Below are positions 1 to 9,913 of a stretch of 64,000 nucleotides of DNA, piece after piece (position 1 is the stretch's first letter; every line of letters starts with the position of its first letter). The notes under the pieces were generated by a model that saw nothing but the letters and a program-made list of their open reading frames with translations, was not told the origin of the DNA and made no database searches. The stretch lies in the NCBI GenBank assembly GCA_001189215.1, contig LFCR01000006.1, forward strand, positions 133,354-197,353, read 5' to 3'. The translations under genes and the position numbers were made by a program. The DNA is from Parcubacteria bacterium C7867-008 (GTDB lineage Bacteria > Patescibacteriota > Minisyncoccia > Phycocordibacterales > Phycocordibacteraceae).

Positions 1-133
1 CAGCGCCGATAGTGAAGCAGTTTACTAGGGGCATAACTGCCTCCCATCCAAGAGCGCTTCCACAATTAGGAATTGCATTAGTAATACGTCAGGGGAGATA
101 GAGAGTCAATTTAGTTCTACACAGGAGGAAATA

Positions 134-736
134 TTGACTATCGAACAAATGTTCGATTATACTATTTATATGGAAATGAGCCGGCACCGGAAGGTACTAT
201 CCTTCTACAAGAAACATAAGCGCATGCCTTCTATAACGGAACTCATGGCCATATTTGGGTTGTCTTCTCGCAGCAGTGGGTTCTATGTAACAAATCAACT
301 CGTGAAGCAGGGTATTGCAGAGAAGGACAGTACGGGAAAACTCATCCCTGGTCCTGAACTCTTCACCCTGCCGGTACTCGGTCACATTCGAGCAGGTTTT
401 GCAGCACCCGCAGAAGAGGAACTGGCAGACACCATCACCATCGGTGACTACCTACTTGGTCGTCCTGAAGCAAGCTATCTCTTGAAAGTGGAGGGAGATT
501 CCATGCAGGACGCAGGTATACAGGAAGGAGACATGGTGGTGTTTGAACGCACTAATGATTACAAGCCAGGAGATATTGTCGTTGCGCTAACCGAAGATGG
601 GTACACCCTTAAGTATCTACGTAAAAAAACAGGAGGATATTATTTGGAAGCTGCTAACGATAAGTATCCAGACATCCATCCACGTGAGGGTTCTATTATC
701 GGTGTCGTTATATCAACCTTTCGTACCTATGGCTAA
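134..736 (+). CDS. lexA: LexA SOS repressor (HTH plus S24 self-cleaving peptidase domain)
   Basis: The 200-aa ORF has the S24 signature VEGDSMQ (Ser nucleophile) and YTLKYL (catalytic Lys), with an N-terminal wHTH-like region. AGGAGG lies 5 nt upstream of a TTG start at 134; an in-frame ATG at 149 has poorer spacing. Confidence 0.85.
   Translation: MTIEQMFDYTIYMEMSRHRKVLSFYKKHKRMPSITELMAIFGLSSRSSGFYVTNQLVKQGIAEKDSTGKLIPGPELFTLPVLGHIRAGFAAPAEEELADTITIGDYLLGRPEASYLLKVEGDSMQDAGIQEGDMVVFERTNDYKPGDIVVALTEDGYTLKYLRKKTGGYYLEAANDKYPDIHPREGSIIGVVISTFRTYG
142..155. promoter_or_regulatory. Cheo-type SOS box CGAAC-AAAT-GTTCG (GAAC-N4-GTTC) overlapping the 5' end of lexA
   Basis: Perfect inverted arms CGAAC/GTTCG with a 4-nt spacer, matching the Gram-positive LexA operator consensus CGAACRNRYGTTCG. 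It sits just downstream of the SD and start of lexA. Confidence 0.5.
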
Positions 737-906
737 ACTCAATGCATTCGAACCATTCTTTGGTATGTATCTTCGTACACCAGTGCGTCACTCAGTAAAA
801 TATCGTTCTTCACGATTCGCATCGTTTACTGAATGGGAACGTCTCTATCTTTCACCTAAGCGCATCATTCCACTACGGTTACGTACTGAACGTTCGGTAC
901 ACCCGC

Positions 907-2220
907 ATGAGTGAGCTACTCTCCACACGATCTTTCCCACGAGCCATTGTACACTTTGATGGCGATTCCTTCTTCGCTTCCGTAGAGCAAATAATGAATC
1001 ATGAGTTACGAGGGAAGCCGGTGATCACGGGTGGGGAGCGTGGTGCCGCTACATCACTTTCCTATGAAGCGAAACGTATGGGTGCACATCGCGGAATGAG
1101 CATGCGTGAGATAAAGAAGATTTGTCCTGATGCGGTGATCGTTGCATCAGACTATCTTTCGTACTCAATATACGCACGACGTATGTACGCAATTGTACGT
1201 TCTTTCACTCCGGATGTTGAGGAATACAGTATCGATGAGTGCTTTGCAGACATCACAGGTCTCAGACAGAAGTACCGTATGCCGTATGAACGCATCACAG
1301 AAATGATTCAACAGAAACTACATGCTGATCTCGGCATGACTTTTAGTGCAGGTCTTGGCCCTAATAAGAGCCTAGCAAAAATTGCGTCTAAACATCGTAA
1401 GCCAGCAGGCTTCACATCTATTCCAGCTAAAGAAGCACACCTCTTTCTTAAGGGACTTCCGATAAGCGGCATATGGGGTATGGGAGGAAGTACCAGTCTC
1501 TATCTAGAGAAACTTGGGGTACACACTGCGCTAGAGTTCGCGCAGAAGGATGAGTATTGGCTAACCGCTAATAAGATCAGTAAACCCTATCGAGACATCT
1601 GGCTTGAACTACGGGGATTCTTTGTGAAAGGATTAAATACTGGCAGTGATGATTCCATTGGATCAATCATGAAAACACAAACTTTCACACCTCCCTCAAG
1701 TGATCGTGCGTATGTGCTCTCACAACTCGCACGCAACATAGAAGGAGCTTGTACCAAGGCAAGACGATATAAGGTCAAGGCACGTTCGGCGTCCTTCTAT
1801 CTAAAGACACAGGACTTTACGTATGGAGGTCTTTCCATAGAACTTTCTGTTCCTCTTGCAGACCCAAGAGAATTCCAACGATTAGTAGAAATTGAATTCG
1901 ATCGAGTATTTGAATCAGGAACCTTATACCGTGCCACCGGATTCACGCTTCGCTCCATCACTGCAGAATCTGCCGTAACACAAGATTTGTTTGGAGAAAC
2001 GATACGTGCACAGACCAAGGAACGTATTTTAGAAACCGTAGATAGTCTCAATAATAAATTTGGGAATGGTACTGTGCACTTTGCTTCGAGCTTCACTGCA
2101 CGAAAGGAAGGAGAAGAGCGTGCAGAAGCACGAGCTCGCAAGGCACGCCCTAGAATAAGTCTCTCTATCGAGAAGAAACGAAAGTCTTTGAATATTCCGT
2201 ATCTCGGTATTGTTCGATAG
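907..2220 (+). CDS. Y-family translesion DNA polymerase (DinB/UmuC-like, Pol IV family)
   Basis: The 437-aa ORF begins with the IMS-family motif VHFDGDSFFASVEQ and has palm, fingers and little-finger-length architecture. It lies 170 nt downstream of lexA on the same strand with no intervening terminator hairpin. Confidence 0.85.
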   Translation: MSELLSTRSFPRAIVHFDGDSFFASVEQIMNHELRGKPVITGGERGAATSLSYEAKRMGAHRGMSMREIKKICPDAVIVASDYLSYSIYARRMYAIVRSFTPDVEEYSIDECFADITGLRQKYRMPYERITEMIQQKLHADLGMTFSAGLGPNKSLAKIASKHRKPAGFTSIPAKEAHLFLKGLPISGIWGMGGSTSLYLEKLGVHTALEFAQKDEYWLTANKISKPYRDIWLELRGFFVKGLNTGSDDSIGSIMKTQTFTPPSSDRAYVLSQLARNIEGACTKARRYKVKARSASFYLKTQDFTYGGLSIELSVPLADPREFQRLVEIEFDRVFESGTLYRATGFTLRSITAESAVTQDLFGETIRAQTKERILETVDSLNNKFGNGTVHFASSFTARKEGEERAEARARKARPRISLSIEKKRKSLNIPYLGIVR

Positions 2221-2294
2221 TCGTGAGCGATTGTATATTTCTATACTTTGTTGCATAGTGCCTTCGGATTCATTCACGTTTGAGAGGCAACCCA

Positions 2295-2888
2295 ATGGCT
2301 ATAATCGTACGTCCTCTCGAAGAATCATCTCGTGAGTGGCAAGACCTATACACCTACGCTAAGGGCATCTACCTGAACGGTGAGTGCTATACCTTTGCTG
2401 CGGCACTTAGTCGTGCACTAGACTGGCCGATGATCGGCCTTATGGAAGGTGATACGGTTGCGCATGCCGCTGTTCTTACTCCTGAAGACAAGATCTTAGA
2501 TGTGCGCGGAATACCGTTCGCACAAGATGATCCTGAATTCGGGAGGATCTTCAATCACAAACCGCCCTATGATGATTGTCTTCAATTTCTTCTCGAGGAA
2601 GACTTTCCAAGACCCTTTCATGAGCGGCACATTCTGATAGCGCAACGATATGCGCAGCAGCTCTGGCCATCGTTACCCTGGCCGTATTCTCGAGAACGAA
2701 AGGTTCAGAATTTCCTTGAAGGGTTAGAAAGACTTTGCACCGAGCACGATGTCTCGATCTTCACCCCAAATGGGGGTTCTATCTTCTTGGAAGATTGTCA
2801 GGGAGGTGAAGCAGGATTCGAAGGAACAGCATTCCCAAGTGATGGGAAATATATCATCAAAAGAATACTCAAAAACGAAGGAGAATGA
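2295..2888 (+). CDS. hypothetical protein
   Basis: ORF with AGAGG 7 nt upstream of the ATG at 2295 and codon usage like neighbouring genes. I recognised no motif. Confidence 0.45.
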   Translation: MAIIVRPLEESSREWQDLYTYAKGIYLNGECYTFAAALSRALDWPMIGLMEGDTVAHAAVLTPEDKILDVRGIPFAQDDPEFGRIFNHKPPYDDCLQFLLEEDFPRPFHERHILIAQRYAQQLWPSLPWPYSRERKVQNFLEGLERLCTEHDVSIFTPNGGSIFLEDCQGGEAGFEGTAFPSDGKYIIKRILKNEGE

Positions 2889-2912
2889 AGGAGTATCCGT
2901 GAATAGACTCAA

Positions 2913-2932
2913 GGCCCCGCGCATGCGGGGTC
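2913..2932. terminator. bidirectional GC hairpin terminator (GCCCCGC-GCAT-GCGGGG) between convergent genes
   Basis: Perfect palindrome between the stop of the 2295-2888 ORF (+) and the stop of the MFS gene (-). Confidence 0.55.
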
Positions 2933-2938
2933 TGTTGT

Positions 2939-4201
2939 TTATGGGTGTGCTGGAGTGCCTTGTGTAACGCGCTTTGCAGTGAGGAAGAACACCACCGCTG
3001 CTATATATACGATGATACTCGCAATGATAAGCGGAACCTCAGGAGCAAATGCCACCGCAATGAATCCTGCAATCACTGGAGGAATGGATTGTGCGAGCGC
3101 TTGCACACTTGCTCCGATACCCAGCACAGTACCTTGTTCTTGTGGGCCAGCAGACCGACTAATCAACCCGTTGAGATTTGCCATGATAAGACCTATGAAC
3201 ATCGCATTCGGTATCGTGATGAGATACAGCAGCCAAGATACGTGAGCCAGCCAGAAGAAGAACAGTGTTGTACCAACACCAAAGAGAGACACAGTGAGGA
3301 TGGCGTATGGCTTAAATCGCTTGCCAACGAATCCAGTAACGAATGCTTGCGTGAGGGCAACGCAGATTCCCACCAGTGCGAAGAAGTCTCCAATACCTGC
3401 CTGATTAAATCCAAACTTCTTGATGAGATATACCCCAAAGAAGGTGGTGAAGAATGTGAAGCCGCTGGTGAAGAGGAATGAGGTACCGAAGAGTGCACGC
3501 AGGCCCGGCTTCATAGTTGCTGCACGAATATTAATAAATGATTGTGCCCAGTGAATGGAACCTTTCGTTTTCTGTGCAAGTGTTTCTTTGAATAAGAACA
3601 ACACCGCGAGCATATTAAGCGCACTTAATATGGCAGCAAACCAGAATGGAGTAGTGGCATTGAACCACGGTACGATCGATGGGTCAGCAAGACGACCACC
3701 CAGAAACGGACCGATGATGAACCCAAGACCAAAGGCAGCACCCATAAGTCCGAATGCGCGTGCACGCTTAGCGGGTGCGGTTGCGTCCGCAATTGCTGCC
3801 TGAGCCACCGCGATGTTTCCACCGGTAATACCATCCACGGCACGGGAGATAAACAGTAGAGGAATATTTTTCGTGATAATACCGACTGCGAATACTACAT
3901 ATGAAAGAGAGGTGCCAGCGAGTGAGATAGCGAGTACTGGTTTTCGCCCCACGTGATCTGATATCTGTCCAAGTATTGGTGTGGCAAGGAACTGCATGAA
4001 CGGATATATAGCCGTAAGTGCACCCAGAAGGACGTAACCACCAGCAATAGCCACATCAAGGTGATAAGGATAGTTTGGATCGGTAAGAAGAAGAGGAATG
4101 ATTGGCACCAGCACACCCACACCAATCATATCGATTAGAACTATGGCGAACACAATAGCCAGCGTATATTTCGAGGGAACAGGTGGGTTCTGAGGCATCA
4201 A
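2939..4201 (-). CDS. MFS transporter (drug:H+ antiporter-like, 12 TM)
   Basis: The 420-aa protein is hydrophobic throughout and carries the MFS signature GQISDHVGRKPVL after TM2. Confidence 0.85.
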   Translation of the reverse strand: MMPQNPPVPSKYTLAIVFAIVLIDMIGVGVLVPIIPLLLTDPNYPYHLDVAIAGGYVLLGALTAIYPFMQFLATPILGQISDHVGRKPVLAISLAGTSLSYVVFAVGIITKNIPLLFISRAVDGITGGNIAVAQAAIADATAPAKRARAFGLMGAAFGLGFIIGPFLGGRLADPSIVPWFNATTPFWFAAILSALNMLAVLFLFKETLAQKTKGSIHWAQSFINIRAATMKPGLRALFGTSFLFTSGFTFFTTFFGVYLIKKFGFNQAGIGDFFALVGICVALTQAFVTGFVGKRFKPYAILTVSLFGVGTTLFFFWLAHVSWLLYLITIPNAMFIGLIMANLNGLISRSAGPQEQGTVLGIGASVQALAQSIPPVIAGFIAVAFAPEVPLIIASIIVYIAAVVFFLTAKRVTQGTPAHP

Positions 4202-4251
4202 TAAAGCGTTACAGAATAATCATTCGGAAAAAGCACTATGCACTACAAAAC

Positions 4252-7200
4252 CTATACTTCAGATGAAGATTCTTTTGCGAACTTTGCACGCACACTCTTG
4301 CCTGGCCAACGATAGTACAGCATCGGGATGAGTACGAGCGTAAGAAGGAGAGAGAAGGCAAGACCGAACATGATAGCAATAGCCAGTGGACCAAAGAATG
4401 CAGAAGAGATGGCAAGTGGGAGCATACCTACTACGGTTACTACCGTTGTAAGAAGGATGGGACGAAGGCGAGTTGATGCGGCATCAATAACCACTTCTTC
4501 AAGGGTGTGATTTGGATTCTCACGATGGATACGCGCAATAGAATCCATGAGAATAATGGCGTGATTAATGATCACACCGGCTAAGGCAATCACGCCCAGC
4601 ATAGAAGTTAGAGAAAGAGGTTGACCTACGATTGCCAGACCAAAGAACACACCGATCAAGGACAATGGGATAATCAATAATAGATAGAAGGAATGACGGA
4701 AAGAATTGAATTCAAGGACGAGAATTGCAAGCATGAGTGCAGCACCAGCAATAAGTGCAAGAAACATTTCCGTGAAGGACTTTGCAATATCTTCAGTGGC
4801 ACCAGCCTGCTTCTTGGTAACACCCTTGCCAAGCATGTCTTCCGTAAACTGCTTCTCGAATTCATTAGTCACCTCAACTACGTTCGCATTTGGTGCTACG
4901 TCAGCGGTCACGGTAGTGATGCGATCTCCCGCTTCATGACTAATAGAAGCTTGCGCCGATTCATACGTAATAGTGGCAATAGAAGAGAGAGGAACGGGTC
5001 CCTTACTACCCACAACGGTCAGATTTCGAACAGCATCAATGTTTGCATGAGTAGTTTCAGATGGATCGGTATAGCCAGGGTTTAGATCAAGCTTTGTGTG
5101 TACTTCAATATCATCGGTACCGGTACGAATAGAGGTTGCCTTAGTACTAAAGAGAGCAGTACGTAGTGTGTCTGCAACAGCAACAGGAGATACTCCAAAC
5201 TCTGTTGCTTTAGCACTATCAAGAGAGACAACGAACTCTGCACTTGAATTCTTAGTGCTTGAGTTTACATTCACCACGCCAGGAATATCGGAAAGGATAT
5301 GTGCTGCGTGATCTGCTGTGGCAGTAAGTTCGTCCAGGTCATCTCCAGAGAATGTAATACTTACCGGAGAGGATGCAGGAGGGCCACCTGCAGGTTCACC
5401 AACGGTTACGTTCGCTGACGTAATACCAGCAAACTGTTCACGTAACTCAGTTACCAGTTCGGCACTGGTCTGTGCATTACCCTTAGGCATATTCACAGTG
5501 ATGTTTGCAATGTTGCTTCCAGAACTTGGTCCGGTGAACCCACCTGCAAACTGGCTGCCAGAACCAACTTCACTTACAAATGAGGCAACGTTCTTATTAA
5601 CGTACAGAATCTCTTCAACCTCACGTACTGAAAGATCCGTTACTGCAAGATCAGTACCTTGGGGTTTCTCAACCTGCACATAGATATAATCCATGTCCTC
5701 ACTAGGAAAGAATATTGATTTAACGATGCCGGTAGCAGGGAGTGCCAGTGCAATGAAGAACAGCACAACCATAGCTATCAAGAATCGCTTCTGATCTTTC
5801 TTGTCGTGCAGGAATTTCTTTAGAAAGGCACGGTACTTTTCATGAGCAATGCGGTTGTATCGCTCCTGCCGTTCTTCCAACGGTGACAGCTCTGCTTTCA
5901 CAAAGAATACGGAAAGGATTGGTACGAATCCAAGAGCAACAAAGATTGATGCGATAAGCACAAAGATCACCGTGAACGGAATAGAGGCAAGGAACTTACC
6001 AATAATTCCAGAGATAAAGAAAAGAGGAACAAATACCACAACCGTGGTGAAGGTTCCTGCAATGAGAGGCCATGCGTACTCACGGATCGCTGCAACCGCA
6101 GCTTCATGCTTATTTTTATACTTAAGCAGGTGCGTATGGTATGCCTCCACCACCACAATGCCGGAATCAACGAGAATACCGATCGCAAGGATAAGTGCGA
6201 AGAGGGATACGTTGTTGAGAGTATTACCTGAAGCTTGAAGTCCAATAAAGGCAACAAGGAATGAAAGGGGAATCGATGCAGCAGCAACAAGAGACTCTCG
6301 CCAACCAAGGGTTAGAAGAAGTACTAATAGCACAAGGATAACCGTCTCAATTCCGGCACGAGAAAGCTCCACAAGACTCTTGTTCACCTCCTCAGCTGCA
6401 TTATAGGAAACAACTATGTCAGTGCCCGAGAGAGTGGTCTTCTTGAGGTCTTCCAGTTTCTTTTCTACTGCATGACCGGTCTCTACAATATTTCCTCCAC
6501 GAGACTTGAATATAGAAAGGGTAAGGGAAGGGTTTGCTGGTTCTCCGTTCACTGATACTCGCGAGTAGCTAGAAGCATCAGAGAGTCCATCTACAACATC
6601 TGCCACATCACGTACGTGGAGGGCAACGCCACCAGGTCCTGCAATGGCAACACCAGCCACTTCGTCCGTGGTTGCGACGCCAGACTCAAAGCGCACCGCG
6701 TAGTTAACACCGTCTACTGTTATGGCTCCAGCAGGAGACGCTACTCCTGCTGCTCGAATTGCTCCGGTAACCTCTGAAAGTGAAAGGTTGTACTGTTGCA
6801 GACGATCTCCCTTAACAATTACCTGTACCTCACGTGCACGGACACCAGATATACCCACCTTCGAAACCCCTGGGACACGCTTTACTTCGTCCGAAACAGA
6901 CTCGCTGAGTGCGGTGAGCTCAGTTGCTGCGAGGTTTCCAGATATAGCAACGATCAAGATCGGTTGGTCAGCAAAGTTAACATCGGTAACGGTTGGTGCA
7001 AGTGCTTCCGTTGGTAGATCTGGGCGCACCTTATCGACAGCATCCTTTAGAAGCTGAATGGACTCATCAATATCAGCATTTGCATCAAACTCTACAGATA
7101 CACTGGACACACCGTCTCCAGAAGTGGAGGTAACTTTCGATACTCGCTCTACCCCAAGCACACCGCTCTCAATTTTGTCGGTGATAAGTCGTTCAACGTC

Positions 7201-7374
7201 GGCAGAAGACGCGCCAGGAAGCACGGTAATAACAATACCGAGTGGAATCTTGATTTCTGGTGTTGCTTCTTTTGGAATTGAACTTACGGAAAAGAGCCCG
7301 GCTGCAAGGAGTGCAACCATTAGGAATACCGTGAAGTGATGCTTGTTAAGGAAGAAGCTCCAGAATTTCGTCAT
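4252..7374 (-). CDS. RND superfamily efflux permease (AcrB/HAE1-like)
   Basis: About 1040 aa with two large extracytoplasmic loops between TM1-2 and TM7-8 and a 12-TM RND architecture. The likely start is the internal Met (MTKFWSFF...) at 7374, which removes the overlap with the upstream MFP gene. Confidence 0.9.
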   Translation of the reverse strand: MTKFWSFFLNKHHFTVFLMVALLAAGLFSVSSIPKEATPEIKIPLGIVITVLPGASSADVERLITDKIESGVLGVERVSKVTSTSGDGVSSVSVEFDANADIDESIQLLKDAVDKVRPDLPTEALAPTVTDVNFADQPILIVAISGNLAATELTALSESVSDEVKRVPGVSKVGISGVRAREVQVIVKGDRLQQYNLSLSEVTGAIRAAGVASPAGAITVDGVNYAVRFESGVATTDEVAGVAIAGPGGVALHVRDVADVVDGLSDASSYSRVSVNGEPANPSLTLSIFKSRGGNIVETGHAVEKKLEDLKKTTLSGTDIVVSYNAAEEVNKSLVELSRAGIETVILVLLVLLLTLGWRESLVAAASIPLSFLVAFIGLQASGNTLNNVSLFALILAIGILVDSGIVVVEAYHTHLLKYKNKHEAAVAAIREYAWPLIAGTFTTVVVFVPLFFISGIIGKFLASIPFTVIFVLIASIFVALGFVPILSVFFVKAELSPLEERQERYNRIAHEKYRAFLKKFLHDKKDQKRFLIAMVVLFFIALALPATGIVKSIFFPSEDMDYIYVQVEKPQGTDLAVTDLSVREVEEILYVNKNVASFVSEVGSGSQFAGGFTGPSSGSNIANITVNMPKGNAQTSAELVTELREQFAGITSANVTVGEPAGGPPASSPVSITFSGDDLDELTATADHAAHILSDIPGVVNVNSSTKNSSAEFVVSLDSAKATEFGVSPVAVADTLRTALFSTKATSIRTGTDDIEVHTKLDLNPGYTDPSETTHANIDAVRNLTVVGSKGPVPLSSIATITYESAQASISHEAGDRITTVTADVAPNANVVEVTNEFEKQFTEDMLGKGVTKKQAGATEDIAKSFTEMFLALIAGAALMLAILVLEFNSFRHSFYLLLIIPLSLIGVFFGLAIVGQPLSLTSMLGVIALAGVIINHAIILMDSIARIHRENPNHTLEEVVIDAASTRLRPILLTTVVTVVGMLPLAISSAFFGPLAIAIMFGLAFSLLLTLVLIPMLYYRWPGKSVRAKFAKESSSEV

Positions 7375-7384
7375 GACGGTATAG

Positions 7385-8944
7385 CTACAGTGTTCCCTGA
7401 GTATCGTCTGTTGCAATCTGCACCTTCTGTCCTTCCGCAAGACCACGCGCATCAGTAACGATACGCATGTCAGTAGTTGCACCGCTCAGGATTTCAATAC
7501 GATCTCCACGCACGTCTCCAATCTGTACCTCATGCGATACAAGACGACCCTCTTCGTTCACTGTGAATACGATGCGCTGCTTTGCACTTAGCTTAACGCT
7601 TGCAAGTGGAAGGAGGATTGGACCAGTTACAACTGGTTCAGACGGCTGAGTTGCGATGGCATCTGGGAAACTGATACGAACAGACTGTCCGTTCACGACA
7701 TCTGCTGCATCACCAGACACTGCAACGTGTACTTCAATCTGCTTAGTAACAGGATCAAGCGCAGGAGCGATGGTAGTGATAACACCGTCATAGGTATTCT
7801 CAACACGAACCTTCATGCCAGCTGAGATATTCTCTCGGTCGTTCTCCGATACGTAGGTAACAATCTCAAGCGTACCGTTATTAGCTACGGTTGCCACGTG
7901 CTGCAACATCGTTACGTAGTCGCCCACATGAATAGGTAGGAAGTTCACCGTGCCACCGATGGGTGCGCGCACAAAACTCTTTTCAAGACTTGCTTGCGCC
8001 AGACGAAGCGTACCCAGTGCAGACTTTACACCTGCATCAACACTTGCCGTTGAGGTGGTGCGCTTTGCGCGATATGCCTCGCGTGCGCTCGCAATCGCAG
8101 CAATCTGCGTGCTGAGTGCCGTACGTGCAGAACTCAGTGCTGTTGCTTGTGCTGCCGTCTCACGGGAGTCAGCACGATTTGCTGCGTCAGCAATATCATC
8201 AACGAGTGCACTAATAGTGTTGAGATCACTCTGCGCTTCGTTGAGGAGTGCTTCTGGATCACGACTTCCAATACTTGGAAGTGTCACACGCTGCGCATCA
8301 ATCATGACCTTTATCTCCTGACGACGACGAGACATAGTATCTGCTGCCACCCGTCCTGGATTAACAAGGAAGCGTGGACCTGCAGGGGTCTGATCTCCAT
8401 AGAACTGATCAACATCATCCTCAAGGAGAGCATCAATAGATGCGAATACCGAACGGTACGTGTTACGCACGGTAGCAGTGGCGTCAGTAGGGGATACCGC
8501 ATTACGAGAAGCAAGTGCTGCCTCATAGGCACCCTGCGCTTGGAGTACTTGCGCACGTTCTGTCGCATTCTCAAGTTCTGCAATTACTGTTCCAGCACCA
8601 ACAACGCTACCAATTTTTGCATGGACCGCGCGTACAGTACCGCCTGCCTGAGCAAGAAGATCTGCCTGTGACACTGAGCGTACGGTGCCGATAATGCTTA
8701 CAGAATCACCGGTACCACTCAAACTCCCGACAGACTCTACGGTAACTGTACGAAGCTGATTCTCAGGACTTGCCTTGGCACCTGAACGGGCAAGTACCCC
8801 TCCTCCAATGAGTAGGGCAAGTAGCGCGGCTACGATAGCAACCTGTTGCCAGCCCTTACGGCCTTTGAACCAGGTCCATACCCGAGCACTCCGGGCACGT
8901 ACAATCTTTTGTGCCCGTTTCATCCAAGTAGTAAAACGTTTCAT
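7385..8944 (-). CDS. membrane fusion protein / periplasmic adaptor (HlyD family) of the RND pump
   Basis: 519 aa with an N-terminal TM anchor, long alanine-rich coiled-coil hairpin, and beta-barrel and lipoyl-like segments. It sits immediately upstream of and co-directional with the RND gene. Confidence 0.8.
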   Translation of the reverse strand: MKRFTTWMKRAQKIVRARSARVWTWFKGRKGWQQVAIVAALLALLIGGGVLARSGAKASPENQLRTVTVESVGSLSGTGDSVSIIGTVRSVSQADLLAQAGGTVRAVHAKIGSVVGAGTVIAELENATERAQVLQAQGAYEAALASRNAVSPTDATATVRNTYRSVFASIDALLEDDVDQFYGDQTPAGPRFLVNPGRVAADTMSRRRQEIKVMIDAQRVTLPSIGSRDPEALLNEAQSDLNTISALVDDIADAANRADSRETAAQATALSSARTALSTQIAAIASAREAYRAKRTTSTASVDAGVKSALGTLRLAQASLEKSFVRAPIGGTVNFLPIHVGDYVTMLQHVATVANNGTLEIVTYVSENDRENISAGMKVRVENTYDGVITTIAPALDPVTKQIEVHVAVSGDAADVVNGQSVRISFPDAIATQPSEPVVTGPILLPLASVKLSAKQRIVFTVNEEGRLVSHEVQIGDVRGDRIEILSGATTDMRIVTDARGLAEGQKVQIATDDTQGTL

Positions 8945-8992
8945 ACTTTTTACAGTAAATTTAAAGTGATACTAAGTCAATTAAATAAACGA

Positions 8993-9037
8993 CCGTACAC
9001 TGCGCTCATGCATCGTTAATGAAATGAGCGTACACTA
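8993..9037. promoter_or_regulatory. candidate operator in the divergent promoter region of the efflux operon (IR CGCTCAT-N14-ATGAGCG flanked by direct repeats CGTACACT)
   Basis: Read directly from the sequence: cgtacactgcgctcat gcatcgttaatgaa atgagcgtacact. Confidence 0.3.
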
Positions 9038-9043
9038 ATAGGT

Positions 9044-9904
9044 ATGAAGAAATCCTATAGCATCGCGATCATCTTGATACTTGTCTTGCTCATTGCCACT
9101 GCCATATATACCTATATGCAGCTTCATACTATGAGTACTGCAACTAACGACAATTCCTCAACTACCTATTCCTGTGCAGAAGGATTGGTAAAAGCAAAGT
9201 TTGATTCTGAAGAGGTGCTACTTACTCTACCTGGTGATCGAACTATTACACTCAAACAACAGCCATCAGGTTCAGGTATTCGATATGAAGGTGAAGGCGT
9301 TGAATTTATAGGAAAGGGCAGTGATGCATCTATCTCTGAAAATGGCTCGCCACTCTACACAAATTGTATTTCTGGCACTATACAGGGAAATGGCATGACC
9401 GGAGATTCAAATAATGGAATGAAGACCTTTATCGATTCAGGTAAGACGTTTGAGTTTATGTATCCCGGTACCTTTACGCTCACAGGAGCCGGAGTGGGCT
9501 ACACCACTGATTGGATGAATCAATCAACCGACAATGGACTAATACTTGCTCGCGTAACCATTCCAAAGTCTTTCCAATCAAATACCAACTTCTCTGAAGC
9601 TCGCTTTACGGTAGGTACGAGCGCTGACCCTAAGGCGGTCAAGCAGTGCAGTACAGAAGGAGTACCAGCCACTATTCATGGCGTCACGTTTAAGAAAATC
9701 TCTACGGCAGACGCCGGAGCCGGAAACTTTTACGAGACCACGAGCTACCGCACAATACGTAATAATCAGTGCTATGTAGTGGAGTACACCATCCATTCCA
9801 CCAATATAGGTAATTATCCTCCAGAATTGGGTATTACTGAGTTCGATAAAGCCACGGTTCAGTCCGCACTTGAGGCTATGGTGCAGAGTTTCGCATTCCT
9901 TTAA
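9044..9904 (+). CDS. membrane-anchored protein with N-terminal MliC-like (lysozyme inhibitor) domain and an uncharacterised C-terminal domain
   Basis: N-terminal TM helix. Residues about 45-125 match the MliC family pattern Y-x-C-x2-G...SGSG-x-RYE...EF-x2-KG-x2-A...C. The following roughly 150 aa are unassigned. Confidence 0.6.
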   Translation: MKKSYSIAIILILVLLIATAIYTYMQLHTMSTATNDNSSTTYSCAEGLVKAKFDSEEVLLTLPGDRTITLKQQPSGSGIRYEGEGVEFIGKGSDASISENGSPLYTNCISGTIQGNGMTGDSNNGMKTFIDSGKTFEFMYPGTFTLTGAGVGYTTDWMNQSTDNGLILARVTIPKSFQSNTNFSEARFTVGTSADPKAVKQCSTEGVPATIHGVTFKKISTADAGAGNFYETTSYRTIRNNQCYVVEYTIHSTNIGNYPPELGITEFDKATVQSALEAMVQSFAFL

Positions 9905-9913
9905 TATAGGTAT

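Noticed and set aside
597-914. 105-aa plus-strand ORF bridging the lexA 3' end and the polymerase start
   Set aside because: It overlaps two well-supported genes in another frame. It has no RBS and a low-complexity translation.
4693-7339. Multiple 70-130-aa ORFs on the plus strand inside the RND permease gene
   Set aside because: All are antisense to a 1000-aa conserved transporter CDS. They are typical spurious ORFs.
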